From an uncultured Thermoanaerobaculia bacterium (GTDB lineage: Bacteria > Acidobacteriota > Thermoanaerobaculia > Thermoanaerobaculales > Sulfomarinibacteraceae): a stretch of DNA of 64,000 nucleotides. The position numbers and the translations under genes are program-made. Positions 25,216-35,082 of the stretch are shown one piece after another. The notes below the pieces were generated by a model. That model was given only the letters and a program-made list of their open reading frames with translations, was not told the origin of the DNA and ran no database searches. Numbering within the stretch: the stretch's first letter is position 1; each line of letters starts with the position of its first letter. The stretch covers positions 21,598-85,597 of the forward strand of contig CAYRFI010000001.1 of NCBI GenBank assembly GCA_964423595.1, written 5' to 3'.

Positions 25216-26139
25216 ATGATGGGTCGAACACCAGCGCTCAGCCTGTTCGTGATAGCGACCGCGGCCTTCAGCTGCGGCGGGCCGGCGGCGGTCAATTCAT
25301 CGGAGGAGACGGAGGGTGCTCCGACAGCCTTCGAGCTCGCCAACGCCACCTTCTCCGGCATCATGGACCAACCCGTGACCCTCACCGACGGGCGTTGGGA
25401 GGGTGAGCCGTACGTCGAAGGTGGGGCATCACGTCCTGCGGTCGGCCTGGTCGACCACTTCATTCTCACCGGAGACCTCGATAAAGACGGACACGAAGAG
25501 GCGGCGGCGCTCCTCTGGGAGAGCTCGGGAGGCTCGGGTAACCGCCTCTATCTGGCGGTCATGGCTCGCCGCGACGGGGACATCGTCACCCTCGGCACGA
25601 GCATGATCGGCGATCGGGTCCAGATTCGGTCGGGCACAATCGACGACGGCAGGATCACCCTCGACCTCGTCCGGGCGGGCCCTGAGGACGCCGCGTGTTG
25701 CCCGACCGAGAAAGCGATGGTCACCTGGGTCCTCGGCGAGGGCGGCCTGTCCCGGAGCGCTGACGAGACCACAGGGACGTTGTCGCTTGTCGACCTCGAA
25801 GGTCACGGATGGCGGCTGATCGAGCTCGGCCGAGGGCATTCACTGCCAGAAGACGTCGAGATCAGCATGGTCTTCCGGGACGACAGGATCTCGGGCAACA
25901 GCGGCTGCAATGACTACTTCGCCGGAGTCACGACACCAAGGCCGGGTGAGCTCGGGTTCAACGGCATGGGCGCCACCCGAAAGGCCTGCCCGGAGCCGCT
26001 GATGGATCTCGAACGGCATTACCTCTCGACCCTCGCCGGCGCCACGGGCTACACCTTTCTGGCCGGCCGTCTGGCCCTCAGTTGCGACACTGACGAAGGA
26101 CCTGTGACGTTGATCTATACGCCTCGAGCTGACGGTTAA
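25216..26139 (+). CDS. Secreted or lipoprotein with C-terminal META (HslJ-like) domain
   Basis: MMGRTPALSLFVIATAAFSCGG signal. C-terminal ..ISGNSGCNDYFAGV...FNGMGATRKACPEPLMDLERHYLSTLAGATGY.. is typical of the META domain. Confidence 0.65.
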   Translation: MMGRTPALSLFVIATAAFSCGGPAAVNSSEETEGAPTAFELANATFSGIMDQPVTLTDGRWEGEPYVEGGASRPAVGLVDHFILTGDLDKDGHEEAAALLWESSGGSGNRLYLAVMARRDGDIVTLGTSMIGDRVQIRSGTIDDGRITLDLVRAGPEDAACCPTEKAMVTWVLGEGGLSRSADETTGTLSLVDLEGHGWRLIELGRGHSLPEDVEISMVFRDDRISGNSGCNDYFAGVTTPRPGELGFNGMGATRKACPEPLMDLERHYLSTLAGATGYTFLAGRLALSCDTDEGPVTLIYTPRADG

Positions 26140-26822
26140 AACCAAGTGCTAATCTCCTCCATGCCCTTTTTGGGAATCTCCGGCACCTCGCAATCGGGGT
26201 GTGGATAGCCGACTGGAAACAGAATATAAGGACGCTCGTTATCCGGCCGGTCGAGAATCCCGGTCAGAAATCGCATCGGTTGCGGGGTGTGGGTGAGTGT
26301 GGCGAGACCCATTTGATGGATGGCCGCGATAAACAGCCCGCAGGCGATACCGACGCTTTCGTTGACGTAATAATTGGTGAGCTTCGACCCATCGGCATCG
26401 ACCGCGTGGATCTGCTTGAAGACCACCACCAGCCATGGCGCGATCTCGAGGAAGGGCTTGCGCCAATCGGTGCCGAGCGGCGCCAGCGCCTGCAGCCACT
26501 CCGCGGTCGCCCGTCCCCCTTCGTAAAACTCCCTCTCTTCGGCCTCGGCGCCGCGGCGGATCTCCGCCTTGATCGCCGGGTCAGAGACCACTGCGAAATG
26601 CCAAGGTTGGCGGTTGGCCCCCGACGGTGCGGTATTTGCGACCGCGATCGCCGTCTCGATGAGTTCGCGAGGGACAGGGTCGGGTGCGAAATCGCGCACC
26701 GAACGGCGGCGGGTCATGAGCTCCCGAAAGCTGTCACCTCGGGCGGCCATTTCTTCTTCCGACAGGCGCTCGAATTTCAGGGGGATGGGGCGATACATTT
26801 GGTGACTCATAGGCGCAAGCAT
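26136..26822 (-). CDS. Nitroreductase-family flavoprotein
   Basis: ..RRSVRDFAPDPVPRELIETAIAVANTAPSGANRQPWHFAVV... The start may be one of the downstream Met codons (MSHQMYRP). Its stop overlaps the convergent stop in a TTAA palindrome (26136-26139). Confidence 0.75.
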   Translation of the reverse strand: MLAPMSHQMYRPIPLKFERLSEEEMAARGDSFRELMTRRRSVRDFAPDPVPRELIETAIAVANTAPSGANRQPWHFAVVSDPAIKAEIRRGAEAEEREFYEGGRATAEWLQALAPLGTDWRKPFLEIAPWLVVVFKQIHAVDADGSKLTNYYVNESVGIACGLFIAAIHQMGLATLTHTPQPMRFLTGILDRPDNERPYILFPVGYPHPDCEVPEIPKKGMEEISTWF

Positions 26823-27016
26823 ACAGGGACCCCATCATCGCTCCGCCAAGGCTCCTCGAACGCCAGGCGTGACGCGGTCACGGCATTGCGACCGCGCGGC
26901 GGTTGTGGCAGACTGCATCCACACGAGCCCACTGCGACCGACCGGAACGGATCCGCCGGGTTGAAGAGACGACGGAGGGTCCGGGCGTCCGGTCGGCACC
27001 GCGACAAAGAGGAGGA

Positions 27017-28447
27017 ATGATGAAAAGAGGCATGTCGTACATCGTACTGATCTTCGCCATGGTGATGCTGACCCAAGCCTGCGCATCGTCACGATCGAAG
27101 TTGAGCTTCGAGCCAGGCGCAATCGACACCGATACATATGTTCGTAAGGTCGATCAGTTCGTCGTGATTGCGGACGGCTCGCTTTCGATGACCGATCGTT
27201 GGCAAGGTCAACGAAAGCTCGGGGTTTCCGAGGACTTCTTGATCAGCCTCAACCAGACGGTACCCGATCTCGGCTACGACGGAGGGCTGCGAACCTTCGG
27301 GCGTGGGCTCTGCAAGAGCGAGGGGAAAACGGTTTCGATCATCGAAGTCGGTGAGTACCTCACCTCGTCGTTCGGTGATGGCGTTGCGAGGTTCAACTGC
27401 GCCAACGGCACCAGTCCCCTCAACCTCGCCCTCGACGCCGCCGGGGCTGATCTTTATAAAAGGGACTCGAGGACGGCAATCGTCATCGTCAGCGACGGTC
27501 TCGACATGGGCAAAAAGGAAGTGGCCGCCGCCGAGGGCCTCGCATCCGCGTTTGGCGAAAACCTCGAGATCTACGCGGTCCAGATCGGCGACAGCAACAA
27601 AGGACGTGAGCTTCTCGAAAAGGTGGTTGCCGCAGGTGGTTCCGGCTATCTCAAGCCCGCGAGCAAGCTGACGACTTCCCGGGCGATGGCTCAATTCGTC
27701 GCCGACGTCTTCCTGTGGCCCGATTCCGACGGCGACGGTGTTGCTGACCACATCGATCAATGTCCGGACACCCCAAAGGGCGTTGAGGTTGACGCGGTGG
27801 GTTGCCCGATCGATTCCGACGGTGATGGTGTCCCCGATTACCTCGACAAGTGCCCCGGCACCCCCAAGGGCGTCGAAGTTGACGCCAAGGGCTGCCCGAT
27901 CGACTCCGACGCCGACGGTGTGCCCGACTACCTCGACAAGTGCCCCGGCACCCCCGGCGGCACCAAGGTCGACACCAAGGGCTGCCCGGTCGATTCCGAC
28001 GGCGACGGCGTTCCCGACTCTCTCGACAAATGTCCCGGCACGCCCAGGGGCGTCCCGGTCGATGACACCGGTTGCCCGATCGCGGGTATCGAGGTGGCTG
28101 GCGACGAGTGGTCCGTGAGAGGCCAAGTGCTCTTCGACCTCAACCGTGCCACCATCAAGCCCGAGGCGGCAGAGGTCCTGCTCCGGGTCGCCAACTTCCT
28201 CAAGAAGAACCAGCAGTACACGGTCGAGATCCAGGGCAACACGGACAGCACCGGAGCTCTGGCCTGGAACATGAAGCTCTCCGAGATGCGGGCCGACGCG
28301 GTGAAGCAATTCCTCGTGACCGACGGCGTCACGGCCGATCGTTTGACCACCAAGGGCTTTGGACCCAACGAACCCCTCGCGCCCAACAACACCGCCGAGG
28401 GCCGGGCCAGGAACCGCCGGGTTGACTTCAAACCCACGATGCGCTGA
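27017..28447 (+). CDS. Outer-membrane lipoprotein: vWA-like domain, four thrombospondin type-3 repeats and an OmpA C-terminal domain
   Basis: AGGAGG SD. MMKRGMSYIVLIFAMVMLTQAC lipobox. MIDAS-like DGSLSM. Repeats DSDGDGV(A/P)D..D(Q/K)CP(D/G)TP(K/R)GV.VD..GCP x4. OmpA motif ..NTDSTGALAWNMKLSEMRADAV...GRARNRRVDF. Confidence 0.85.
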   Translation: MMKRGMSYIVLIFAMVMLTQACASSRSKLSFEPGAIDTDTYVRKVDQFVVIADGSLSMTDRWQGQRKLGVSEDFLISLNQTVPDLGYDGGLRTFGRGLCKSEGKTVSIIEVGEYLTSSFGDGVARFNCANGTSPLNLALDAAGADLYKRDSRTAIVIVSDGLDMGKKEVAAAEGLASAFGENLEIYAVQIGDSNKGRELLEKVVAAGGSGYLKPASKLTTSRAMAQFVADVFLWPDSDGDGVADHIDQCPDTPKGVEVDAVGCPIDSDGDGVPDYLDKCPGTPKGVEVDAKGCPIDSDADGVPDYLDKCPGTPGGTKVDTKGCPVDSDGDGVPDSLDKCPGTPRGVPVDDTGCPIAGIEVAGDEWSVRGQVLFDLNRATIKPEAAEVLLRVANFLKKNQQYTVEIQGNTDSTGALAWNMKLSEMRADAVKQFLVTDGVTADRLTTKGFGPNEPLAPNNTAEGRARNRRVDFKPTMR

Positions 28448-28472
28448 CCGTACACGAAAACTGATAATCCAA

Positions 28473-28502
28473 ACGACCCGGCTCCGCGCCGGGTCGTTTT
28501 TT
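28473..28502 (+). terminator. Rho-independent terminator
   Basis: ACGACCCGG-CTCCGCG-CCGGGTCGT followed by TTTTT. Confidence 0.85.
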
Positions 28503-28533
28503 CTGCCGATTTATACGTATATATACCGCGAAC

Positions 28534-29349
28534 ATGGTTTCCACCCGAACCCTGATGGCGCTCGCCACAATGTTAGCGATCGCCTTTCCAGCCTTCGGTC
28601 AGGACGGCGGGACCTCAACCTTTCATCCATTTGCCTTCGGCTTCACCGGCGGTGATTCCGGTGTGCCGGACACCAAGGTCTACGATGTCCGAATTCCAGC
28701 CAGCTTCAAGATTTTCGCGGCCGACGATGACGACTGGGGCTTGCGGATTCGGCTCGTCGTCTACGTAGGAGTCTATGACTTCACCGTCGAAGACGCAATC
28801 GATTTCAACTACAGATTCCAGTCCCTTGCCGCGACTCCAGGAGTCGAGTTCCTCGTCCCGGTGGGTGGGGGCTGGATCCTCAAGCCCTTTGCCGAGATCG
28901 GCTACGGCCGCGATTTCGACGACGATCTCGATTTCAGTGTGTGGTCGATCGGCATGCGAAGCATCGCCACCTGGGCGGTCAAGAAATCGGACCTCAGCTT
29001 CGGCACCGAGCTGAAGTACCTGTCGACCTTCACTGCGACCGACGCCGTGGATAGTGACTTCGGAGAGATCCGGCTCGGTTTCGACGCGCGCCAACCGCTG
29101 CCGTTCACTGTTGGAGGGAACCAGGCCGACCTCAGTGGCTATTACATACGTCGCCAGTACGTCGACGCTCTTATCGCCCGTGAGGATCGCGAAGCTCTCG
29201 AAATCCAGTACACTAATGAAATCGGCTTCACCTTTGGCACCACACCAAAGGTCAAGCTCTGGTTCGTCCCGCTGCCGCGGATCGGAATCGGTTACCGCTT
29301 CGGCCCGAACATCAAGGGCGTGCGCCTCAATTTCGGATTCCCGTTCTAG
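28534..29349 (+). CDS. Outer-membrane beta-barrel protein (hypothetical)
   Basis: Signal peptide MVSTRTLMALATMLAIAFPAFG|QD. Amphipathic beta-strand pattern. C-terminal beta-signal ..VRLNFGFPF. AT-rich promoter-like region upstream. Confidence 0.7.
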   Translation: MVSTRTLMALATMLAIAFPAFGQDGGTSTFHPFAFGFTGGDSGVPDTKVYDVRIPASFKIFAADDDDWGLRIRLVVYVGVYDFTVEDAIDFNYRFQSLAATPGVEFLVPVGGGWILKPFAEIGYGRDFDDDLDFSVWSIGMRSIATWAVKKSDLSFGTELKYLSTFTATDAVDSDFGEIRLGFDARQPLPFTVGGNQADLSGYYIRRQYVDALIAREDREALEIQYTNEIGFTFGTTPKVKLWFVPLPRIGIGYRFGPNIKGVRLNFGFPF

Positions 29350-29776
29350 CCCGTCTCCGTCTCCGTGCCCGACGGCGTTCGTCCGACCGTTTCTTGAATC
29401 GTTTCAGATAGACGAAGCATCTTTGGAACCGCGAAGACGCAAAGAACGCAAAGTTGATCTTTAACTTTTGCCCTGGAATCAACGACAGGAACTCCGGCGC
29501 CAGGTCTTAAACATCCCCTTCTCTCAGAAACTCTTGGTGGGAGGTCGGGCGGGTGGTGGCCAACAAGAGTTTCTGAGGGTGGGTGGGCGGGGGGAGAGGG
29601 CGGGACGTCCTGCGAGCTTCAACTGCATTTCGCTTGATCTTCCCCGGACGACGGGCTCGCCGAAGGCGAGCCGCGGGCGAGATCCGAGGACCGACGAGAG
29701 TGAGCTCTCGGAGGACCGAGGATCGAGAACGCGATGTGGCGGTCGTCCGTCGGGAACGGGAACGGAAACGGGCTAG
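29346..29776. mobile_element. 423-bp MITE-like non-coding insertion (29350-29772) flanked by CTAG direct repeats
   Basis: Imperfect 26-bp terminal inverted repeats CCCGTCTCCGTCTCCGTGCCCGACGG (29350-29375) and, reverse-complemented, CCCGTTTCCGTTCCCGTTCCCGACGG (29747-29772), 22/26 identical. CTAG at 29346-29349 and 29773-29776. Internal 13-bp inverted repeat TCAGAAACTCTTG/CAAGAGTTTCTGA (29524-29576). No credible ORF. Confidence 0.6.
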
Positions 29777-30270
29777 AACGTGTACAGCAGTCTGATTGTC
29801 CAGCTCTGGTAGTTGAGGTCGCCGTTGATGTTGTTGAAGAGAAGCTCGGCCTTGAGCTTGCCGAAGAACTCGATACCACCACCGAGACCCCAGGTGCCCC
29901 CGCCGCCGAAATCTCCGTCAAGAATGGTGGACACCGACATGTCGGCGTAACCGAAACGGCCAGCAACGTACGCCGGCCCGAAGAAGAATCGACCGATGGC
30001 GTAGATCTGATAGTAGCTGGCGTCGAGGTCGACGGTGCTCGCGCTACGGTCGAACCCGTACTCGAGGCCGACCCCGAGCTCGATCAAGGGGACCTTGAAA
30101 GCGAGCTCCAGCCCCAGGGTATAGCCCGTGTTCGAGCTGAAACTGACGCCCCCGAGGTCGAAATCACCGCCGAAATCTGCGCCGAGGGCCAGATTGAGGT
30201 CGAAGGCGTCGGCGGGCACCGCAGCGATGAGAACCACACAAACAACCATGAGAACGGTGCGACGAATCAT
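29773..30270 (-). CDS. Small outer-membrane beta-barrel protein (OMP_b-brl/OmpW-like)
   Basis: Signal MIRRTVLMVVCVVLIAAVPADA|FD. Gly/aromatic-rich strands. C-terminal beta-signal ..WTIRLLYTF. Confidence 0.75.
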   Translation of the reverse strand: MIRRTVLMVVCVVLIAAVPADAFDLNLALGADFGGDFDLGGVSFSSNTGYTLGLELAFKVPLIELGVGLEYGFDRSASTVDLDASYYQIYAIGRFFFGPAYVAGRFGYADMSVSTILDGDFGGGGTWGLGGGIEFFGKLKAELLFNNINGDLNYQSWTIRLLYTF

Positions 30271-30533
30271 CGATCCTCCCTTCTCGAGGGAACCCTAACA
30301 CGGCTCGCGCATGGAGAGTCGGACTCCGTACCCCAAAGTCTGAGATCGACGTCAAATGTGTTCTGGATCACATCAGCAATCCCACCCGGCCGTGAGAGAA
30401 TCGCCGAAACCAGCGGATGGGATTGCATCATCATCGGCTTCACGAGTCCGACGGTGCCATGACATCCCGCCGCGGTTGCCAGGCGCCTCGAACGAATAAA
30501 GTCTGAATTGGAGGGAAATATCGAGAAGATCCC

Positions 30534-30562
30534 TTGACAATCGAAAAACGGATCGATACGTT
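30534..30562 (+). promoter_or_regulatory. Sigma70-like promoter of the small-peptide operon
   Basis: TTGACA (30534-30539), 17 nt, TACGTT (30557-30562), in a locally AT-richer stretch about 30 nt upstream of SD GGAGGG and ATG 30593. Confidence 0.45.
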
Positions 30563-30592
30563 TACCGCAACTAGCATGATGGAGGGTGGATC

Positions 30593-30793
30593 ATGTCGAA
30601 AAGGAAATTGGGTGTCTTGGTCATCGCGATCATGATTGTCGGCGCAATCGTGCCGGCCCTGATCGCACCCAGTCTCTCTGAGGCTGCGGTTCAAAAGGTG
30701 GGATGGATGGTCTATACACCAAACCATCCCAACGGCTGCGCTCCGCTACCGTTTGACTGCTACGTCATCTGGGTGTACCCGGATACTCCCTGA
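30593..30793 (+). CDS. 66-aa exported or membrane-anchored peptide with two Cys
   Basis: MSKRKLGVLVIAIMIVGAIVPALIAPSLSEA|AVQKVGWMVYTPNHPNGCAPLPFDCYVIWVYPDTP. Strong SD, positively charged n-region, hydrophobic core and an AxA-like site. The mature part is Trp/Tyr/Pro-rich. No family recognised. Confidence 0.55.
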   Translation: MSKRKLGVLVIAIMIVGAIVPALIAPSLSEAAVQKVGWMVYTPNHPNGCAPLPFDCYVIWVYPDTP

Positions 30794-30800
30794 CCGGAAT

Positions 30801-30821
30801 CCGTCAGCGTCAACCTGACGG
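30801..30821 (+). promoter_or_regulatory. Stem-loop between the peptide gene and downstream genes (possible leaky terminator or attenuator)
   Basis: CCGTCAG-CGTCAAC-CTGACGG, 8 nt after the stop. No T-tract. The next SD (AGGTGAG) follows. Confidence 0.45.
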
Positions 30822-30839
30822 AACCAATCAGGTGAGTCT

Positions 30840-31913
30840 ATGCGGCACGCCCTAAGGGTTGTTGTGGTATGTGCCGGCGTAGCGCTCCTCTGCGCCGGCG
30901 TGCTGGCGTCGCCGGCTGACAAGGTCGAGCCCTCCTGTACGGCTCGGCCGGTGAGTCTCGAGAGCCCCGCGTATATGATCGTCGACGCGGTGGTTCGTGG
31001 CGACCGCCTGCTCCTACCCGACTACACAAAAGGGCTGCGCGAGGTAGATCTTCGGACGGGCAAGGACCTTCGATCGGTCTTGCCCATGGGCACCCAGCAG
31101 GGCGAGGTCTCCGGACCTCAGCATCTGGGTTGCGGTTCGGGCCGGTGCGTGGTCTTCGGCGACCGATACTTCTGGGTCTATTACGACTCGAGCTTCCGGT
31201 TCCTCCACGAATATCCGGGCATGAAGAGCACCGCCAGCGGCCAACCGCTGGTGTTTCCGGACCGCATGGTGATTTACGGCATTGCCAGCCCGGACGTCTC
31301 GGGTGGTGGCACGCCCTATCTCTTCATCCAGTACGACGATGGAGAGATCGTGCCGCTTCAGGAGTACCCGGCGTCCATGCCCGTACTGGAGACAGTCAAG
31401 CGAATTCACTTTCAGGGCATCACGACGGGAGGGTTGGCGGCGCTGCCGGATGGTGGCTGGGCCTTCGTGGATCCACGCAGCTACTCGGTTTTCGTCTTCG
31501 ACAAGAACGACCGCCTCACCAAGGCGTGGCGCGGCACCAACCCTCGATTCAGGGCACCGAACTGGGGGGCCTCACCCGAGGTTCACGACGATTCCGGCCG
31601 CCAACGATACTCGCAGTGGCAGCTTGCACAGCCACTGGTCAAGCGACCGGTTCCGCTCGGAGACGATCTCCTCGCATTTGTCGTTGGGCTCCCCGACGGT
31701 CCGCTGCTGCAGCGCCACGAGCTCGATATCTACAGGACGAATGGCGAGCCCATCGCGGTCGGCCTTCCCATAGATGGTGTCCGCGCCGGCCGGTTGATCA
31801 TCGCCGACGCCGGGGCCGGTCGCCTGGTTCTGGTGGGACAGCAGACTTGGGAGCCTTCAGCCATGACCACCGTTTGGCAGGTCGAGGTGCCGACGATAGA
31901 GCGCACACAGTAG
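30840..31913 (+). CDS. Secreted hypothetical protein, beta-propeller-like
   Basis: Signal MRHALRVVVVCAGVALLCAGVLA. Repeated strand-rich segments of about 45-50 aa (..RYFWVYYDSSFRF.., ..GWAFVDPRSYSVFVFDKN.., ..LLAFVVGLPDG.., ..RLIIADAGAGRLVLVG..). No family recognised with certainty. Confidence 0.55.
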   Translation: MRHALRVVVVCAGVALLCAGVLASPADKVEPSCTARPVSLESPAYMIVDAVVRGDRLLLPDYTKGLREVDLRTGKDLRSVLPMGTQQGEVSGPQHLGCGSGRCVVFGDRYFWVYYDSSFRFLHEYPGMKSTASGQPLVFPDRMVIYGIASPDVSGGGTPYLFIQYDDGEIVPLQEYPASMPVLETVKRIHFQGITTGGLAALPDGGWAFVDPRSYSVFVFDKNDRLTKAWRGTNPRFRAPNWGASPEVHDDSGRQRYSQWQLAQPLVKRPVPLGDDLLAFVVGLPDGPLLQRHELDIYRTNGEPIAVGLPIDGVRAGRLIIADAGAGRLVLVGQQTWEPSAMTTVWQVEVPTIERTQ

Positions 31914-31932
31914 TCGAAATCTGGAGAATATT

Positions 31933-34900
31933 ATGAAAGGTACCACGGTCGTCATCTTCGCAGGGTTGGCGATGGCGGTGGGCATTGCTGCATTCGGCAC
32001 TGAGGTGATCGGGCCCGATGGCACGGTCCTCTCCGATGTCCTGACGGTTCCAGCCGGCGACGACACGACGTGGGTTCGTGTCGGTCTCGGCGCACCGGTT
32101 GCAGTTGTTCCCGACGCCGAAGGAAACCTCCAGCTGCCGAGCCTGGCAACGGCCGACTATCTCGTTCAGGACGCGGTCAGCGGCGAACCGATCGAAAACG
32201 GTTCGTTGTCCTGGCAGGTGGCAGGGGCTCCCGACGAGCTCGCCAGCGCGACCTGGAGTAACGCCGGCGGACTGCTCGACCTCGGCTGCCACGGTGACGA
32301 GCGAGTTATCTTCTCGGCCCCCGGTTACGCTCCGACTGCCGACCGCGTGGTGGCAGACGGCCGCCGCCACACGGTGTTGCTGCAACCCCAGGGGGCGATC
32401 ACCATCGAGCTCGACCCTGCGATCGAAGCTCGGATGTGGTTGGCCCGTGAGGATCAGATCGATGTCCTCACGCTTTTCACCAATGTCGCATCCAAACACG
32501 AGATCGCTGAAGACGGGAAGATCGACATCCCCGACCTCGACCTCGACGCCTCCTACGTCGGCGTCGTTGTCGCTCAGGGCATGGCCCCCGCCGTGACCAC
32601 GTTCCGCGATTTCTCGAATCCCATCTCGGTGCATCTCGTTGATGGTCTCGGCGTTTCGGGCGTCGTCCTCGACGATGAAGGCGAGCCTGTGACCGGAGCG
32701 AAGATCGACGTCCTCGGCGAGATTGCCGAGCTCGACAGCTTCCGCTACAGCCAGCGCGGCGCCAGCTCTCCGGAAGGGCTCTTTTCGCTGAGCGGCCTCC
32801 TCCCGGGCATGGTTCGGGTGCGCGCCTGTGCGGAGGATCGCGCGTGCGCTGAAGTCGCGGTTGAACTCGACGATGGTGTGGTCAACGAACCGGTCACGCT
32901 CGAGCTCATCCCCGGTCGAGACGTCCTGCTGGTGGTCGAAAACGAGATCGGTGAGCGAGCAGCCAAGGCCATTCTCTACTTCAACGATCGCGTCTACCAG
33001 ACCGACGGCAACGGCCAACTGCGCGTTCAGGGACTGACGCGCCACACCACCATCCCGGTCAAGATCTTCGGCTCGGGCTTCGGGATGTGGGAGGGCGCCT
33101 TCTCGACCGATCAGGAACGGGTGGTCATCACCGTTCCCGGCGGCGGCGTCATCGAGCAGCAGATCCTGTCGGCTCGTCGTTTCTCCCCGGAAGAGGTCAT
33201 CGTGCGTTGGCAGGCCTATACCGCCAGCGGACGCGAGGGCAAATCGGGCAAGGGCACCTGGGATGCGGAGCTGGGCATCGCCCGCGCCTCGGGTCTCGAG
33301 GCCGGCACCTACTCGCTGTCGGTGCGCCTTCCCGGTTCGGCAACCATGGTTTCGGAGCGCATCGAAGTGGCCCTGGGCGAAGAAGTGGCGCTTGCACCGG
33401 TCGTTCCCGATCGCGGGCTCGCCATCTCCGGGCGGGTGCTCGACGCTGAAACCCTGCAGCCGCTCCCCGGTGCACGGGTCAAGTGCGAACCTGGATCGCC
33501 CGCGGTCTTCCGCGCGCCCGAGTTGCTCGGCGACGTGCCGAGCACGCTGACCGACACCGACGGGATGTTCCTCCTCGAGGGGCTCGACGCCGGCACCTGC
33601 CGGGCGATCGTCAACGCCTCGGGGTTTGCGACCTGGCGTCTCGACGGGGTTGAGCCAGACGAGATCGGCTTTGACATCGGTGACGTTGAGATGGATGCCG
33701 GGATGACGATCGTCGGCCAGGTCTACGACCGTATGGATCGTCCCGTCACCGGCGCCGTGGTCGAGATCACCGAAGCGGCTGCCTATGCCTACTTCGCCGA
33801 AACCAAGGTTCGCACAGACCATGACGGCTATTTCCGGGCCGAGCGCGTGCCGGTCGGCCGCTGGAAGGTGACCGCCAGCCATGGCCAGGAAAAGGCCTCC
33901 GAAACGGTCGAGGGCGACGCCCAGCAGACCGTGGTCGCCGACCTCATGCTCGGCGGCATCCGGATCGAGGGCGAGATCTGGCTCGGCGACGATCGGGCGC
34001 CCGGTGGCACCCTGGTGTTGACCACCGAAGGGGCGCAGGCGCCCGGCGTGGTGGTGATGATGCAGCGCGTCACCGACGAGTGCCAGATCTTCGGTATCGA
34101 TCAACAGCCTCTGCAGTTTGTCGTCGGTCCCGACGGTCGGTTCGGCGGATCTGGGCTGACCGTCGGTCGCTACTACGCCTCCTACACGCCGCCGGGATCC
34201 GGCACGGCGCCGATCACCAAGGTCCTCATGGTGCCGCAGGTCGAAACCTACCAGTGCGCGATCCAGTACTCCGACGCGGCGGTCGAGGGCTATGTCATCG
34301 ACAGCGACCGAAATCCGGTCGCCGGGGCATCGGTCCTGGCGAGCGTTGGTGACGGCGTTCAGGACGTGACGGCTTTTACCGATGCGGAGGGACGCTTCTT
34401 CGTGCGCGGCCTCGAGCCCGGCCACCTGGTGCTGACCGCCAGCCACACCGATTTTGCCCCGTCGAACCCGTCGGAGCTCGATATCCGCGACGGCAGCGCC
34501 GAGGGACCGATCGTGCTCGAGCTGCTGCCGCAGGACGGTGCCAGCATCATGCTCGCGGTCAACACCGCCGCGGGCTCGGCCGGCGGCGCGCCCGTCTACC
34601 TGGTAGGACCAGAGACCTCGACCGGTATGACCGACGGCGGTGGGTTCGCGACCTTCTCCGGTATTCCGGCAGGGTCCTATCGGCCGTGCGGCATTGCCTA
34701 CGGCGGAGCCACGGGCTGCGGTCCGAGTCTGATGGTCGACAATGGAGAACAGCTCCAGGCCCAGCTCGACCTCGGCCAGGGTGGATACGTGGATATCTAC
34801 CTGGATGACAACATGAGCGGCATCCATGCGAAACGGGGCGTGGCGATGGCCGCCTCCACACGCGGGCCGTCGATCCGCGTCATGACCGCCGACGGTGTCG

Positions 34901-35073
34901 ACCTCTCGAGCCTGCTCTTCATGGCCAACCCGCCGCAGCAGATGAGCGGTGGCGTTCGTATCGGACCGTTGCAGGCCGACGATTACATCGTCTCGGTCAA
35001 CACCGAGGTGGGACTGCGGCAGGGCCAGGTCAGGGTCCGCGACGGCGAAGGGGTTTCGCTCGACCTGCGGTAG
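31933..35073 (+). CDS. 1046-aa exported protein with multiple carboxypeptidase-regulatory-like (CarboxypepD_reg) beta-sandwich domains
   Basis: N-terminal anchor MKGTTVVIFAGLAMAVGIAAF. Repeated units such as ISGRVLDAETLQPLPGARVKC...TDTDGMFLLEGLDAGTCRAIVNASGF, IVGQVYDRMDRPVTGAVVEI...TDHDGYFRAERVPVGRWKVTASHG and VEGYVIDSDRNPVAGASVLA...TDAEGRFFVRGLEPGHLVLTASH. Confidence 0.75.
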   Translation: MKGTTVVIFAGLAMAVGIAAFGTEVIGPDGTVLSDVLTVPAGDDTTWVRVGLGAPVAVVPDAEGNLQLPSLATADYLVQDAVSGEPIENGSLSWQVAGAPDELASATWSNAGGLLDLGCHGDERVIFSAPGYAPTADRVVADGRRHTVLLQPQGAITIELDPAIEARMWLAREDQIDVLTLFTNVASKHEIAEDGKIDIPDLDLDASYVGVVVAQGMAPAVTTFRDFSNPISVHLVDGLGVSGVVLDDEGEPVTGAKIDVLGEIAELDSFRYSQRGASSPEGLFSLSGLLPGMVRVRACAEDRACAEVAVELDDGVVNEPVTLELIPGRDVLLVVENEIGERAAKAILYFNDRVYQTDGNGQLRVQGLTRHTTIPVKIFGSGFGMWEGAFSTDQERVVITVPGGGVIEQQILSARRFSPEEVIVRWQAYTASGREGKSGKGTWDAELGIARASGLEAGTYSLSVRLPGSATMVSERIEVALGEEVALAPVVPDRGLAISGRVLDAETLQPLPGARVKCEPGSPAVFRAPELLGDVPSTLTDTDGMFLLEGLDAGTCRAIVNASGFATWRLDGVEPDEIGFDIGDVEMDAGMTIVGQVYDRMDRPVTGAVVEITEAAAYAYFAETKVRTDHDGYFRAERVPVGRWKVTASHGQEKASETVEGDAQQTVVADLMLGGIRIEGEIWLGDDRAPGGTLVLTTEGAQAPGVVVMMQRVTDECQIFGIDQQPLQFVVGPDGRFGGSGLTVGRYYASYTPPGSGTAPITKVLMVPQVETYQCAIQYSDAAVEGYVIDSDRNPVAGASVLASVGDGVQDVTAFTDAEGRFFVRGLEPGHLVLTASHTDFAPSNPSELDIRDGSAEGPIVLELLPQDGASIMLAVNTAAGSAGGAPVYLVGPETSTGMTDGGGFATFSGIPAGSYRPCGIAYGGATGCGPSLMVDNGEQLQAQLDLGQGGYVDIYLDDNMSGIHAKRGVAMAASTRGPSIRVMTADGVDLSSLLFMANPPQQMSGGVRIGPLQADDYIVSVNTEVGLRQGQVRVRDGEGVSLDLR

Positions 35074-35082
35074 TCGGTGATG

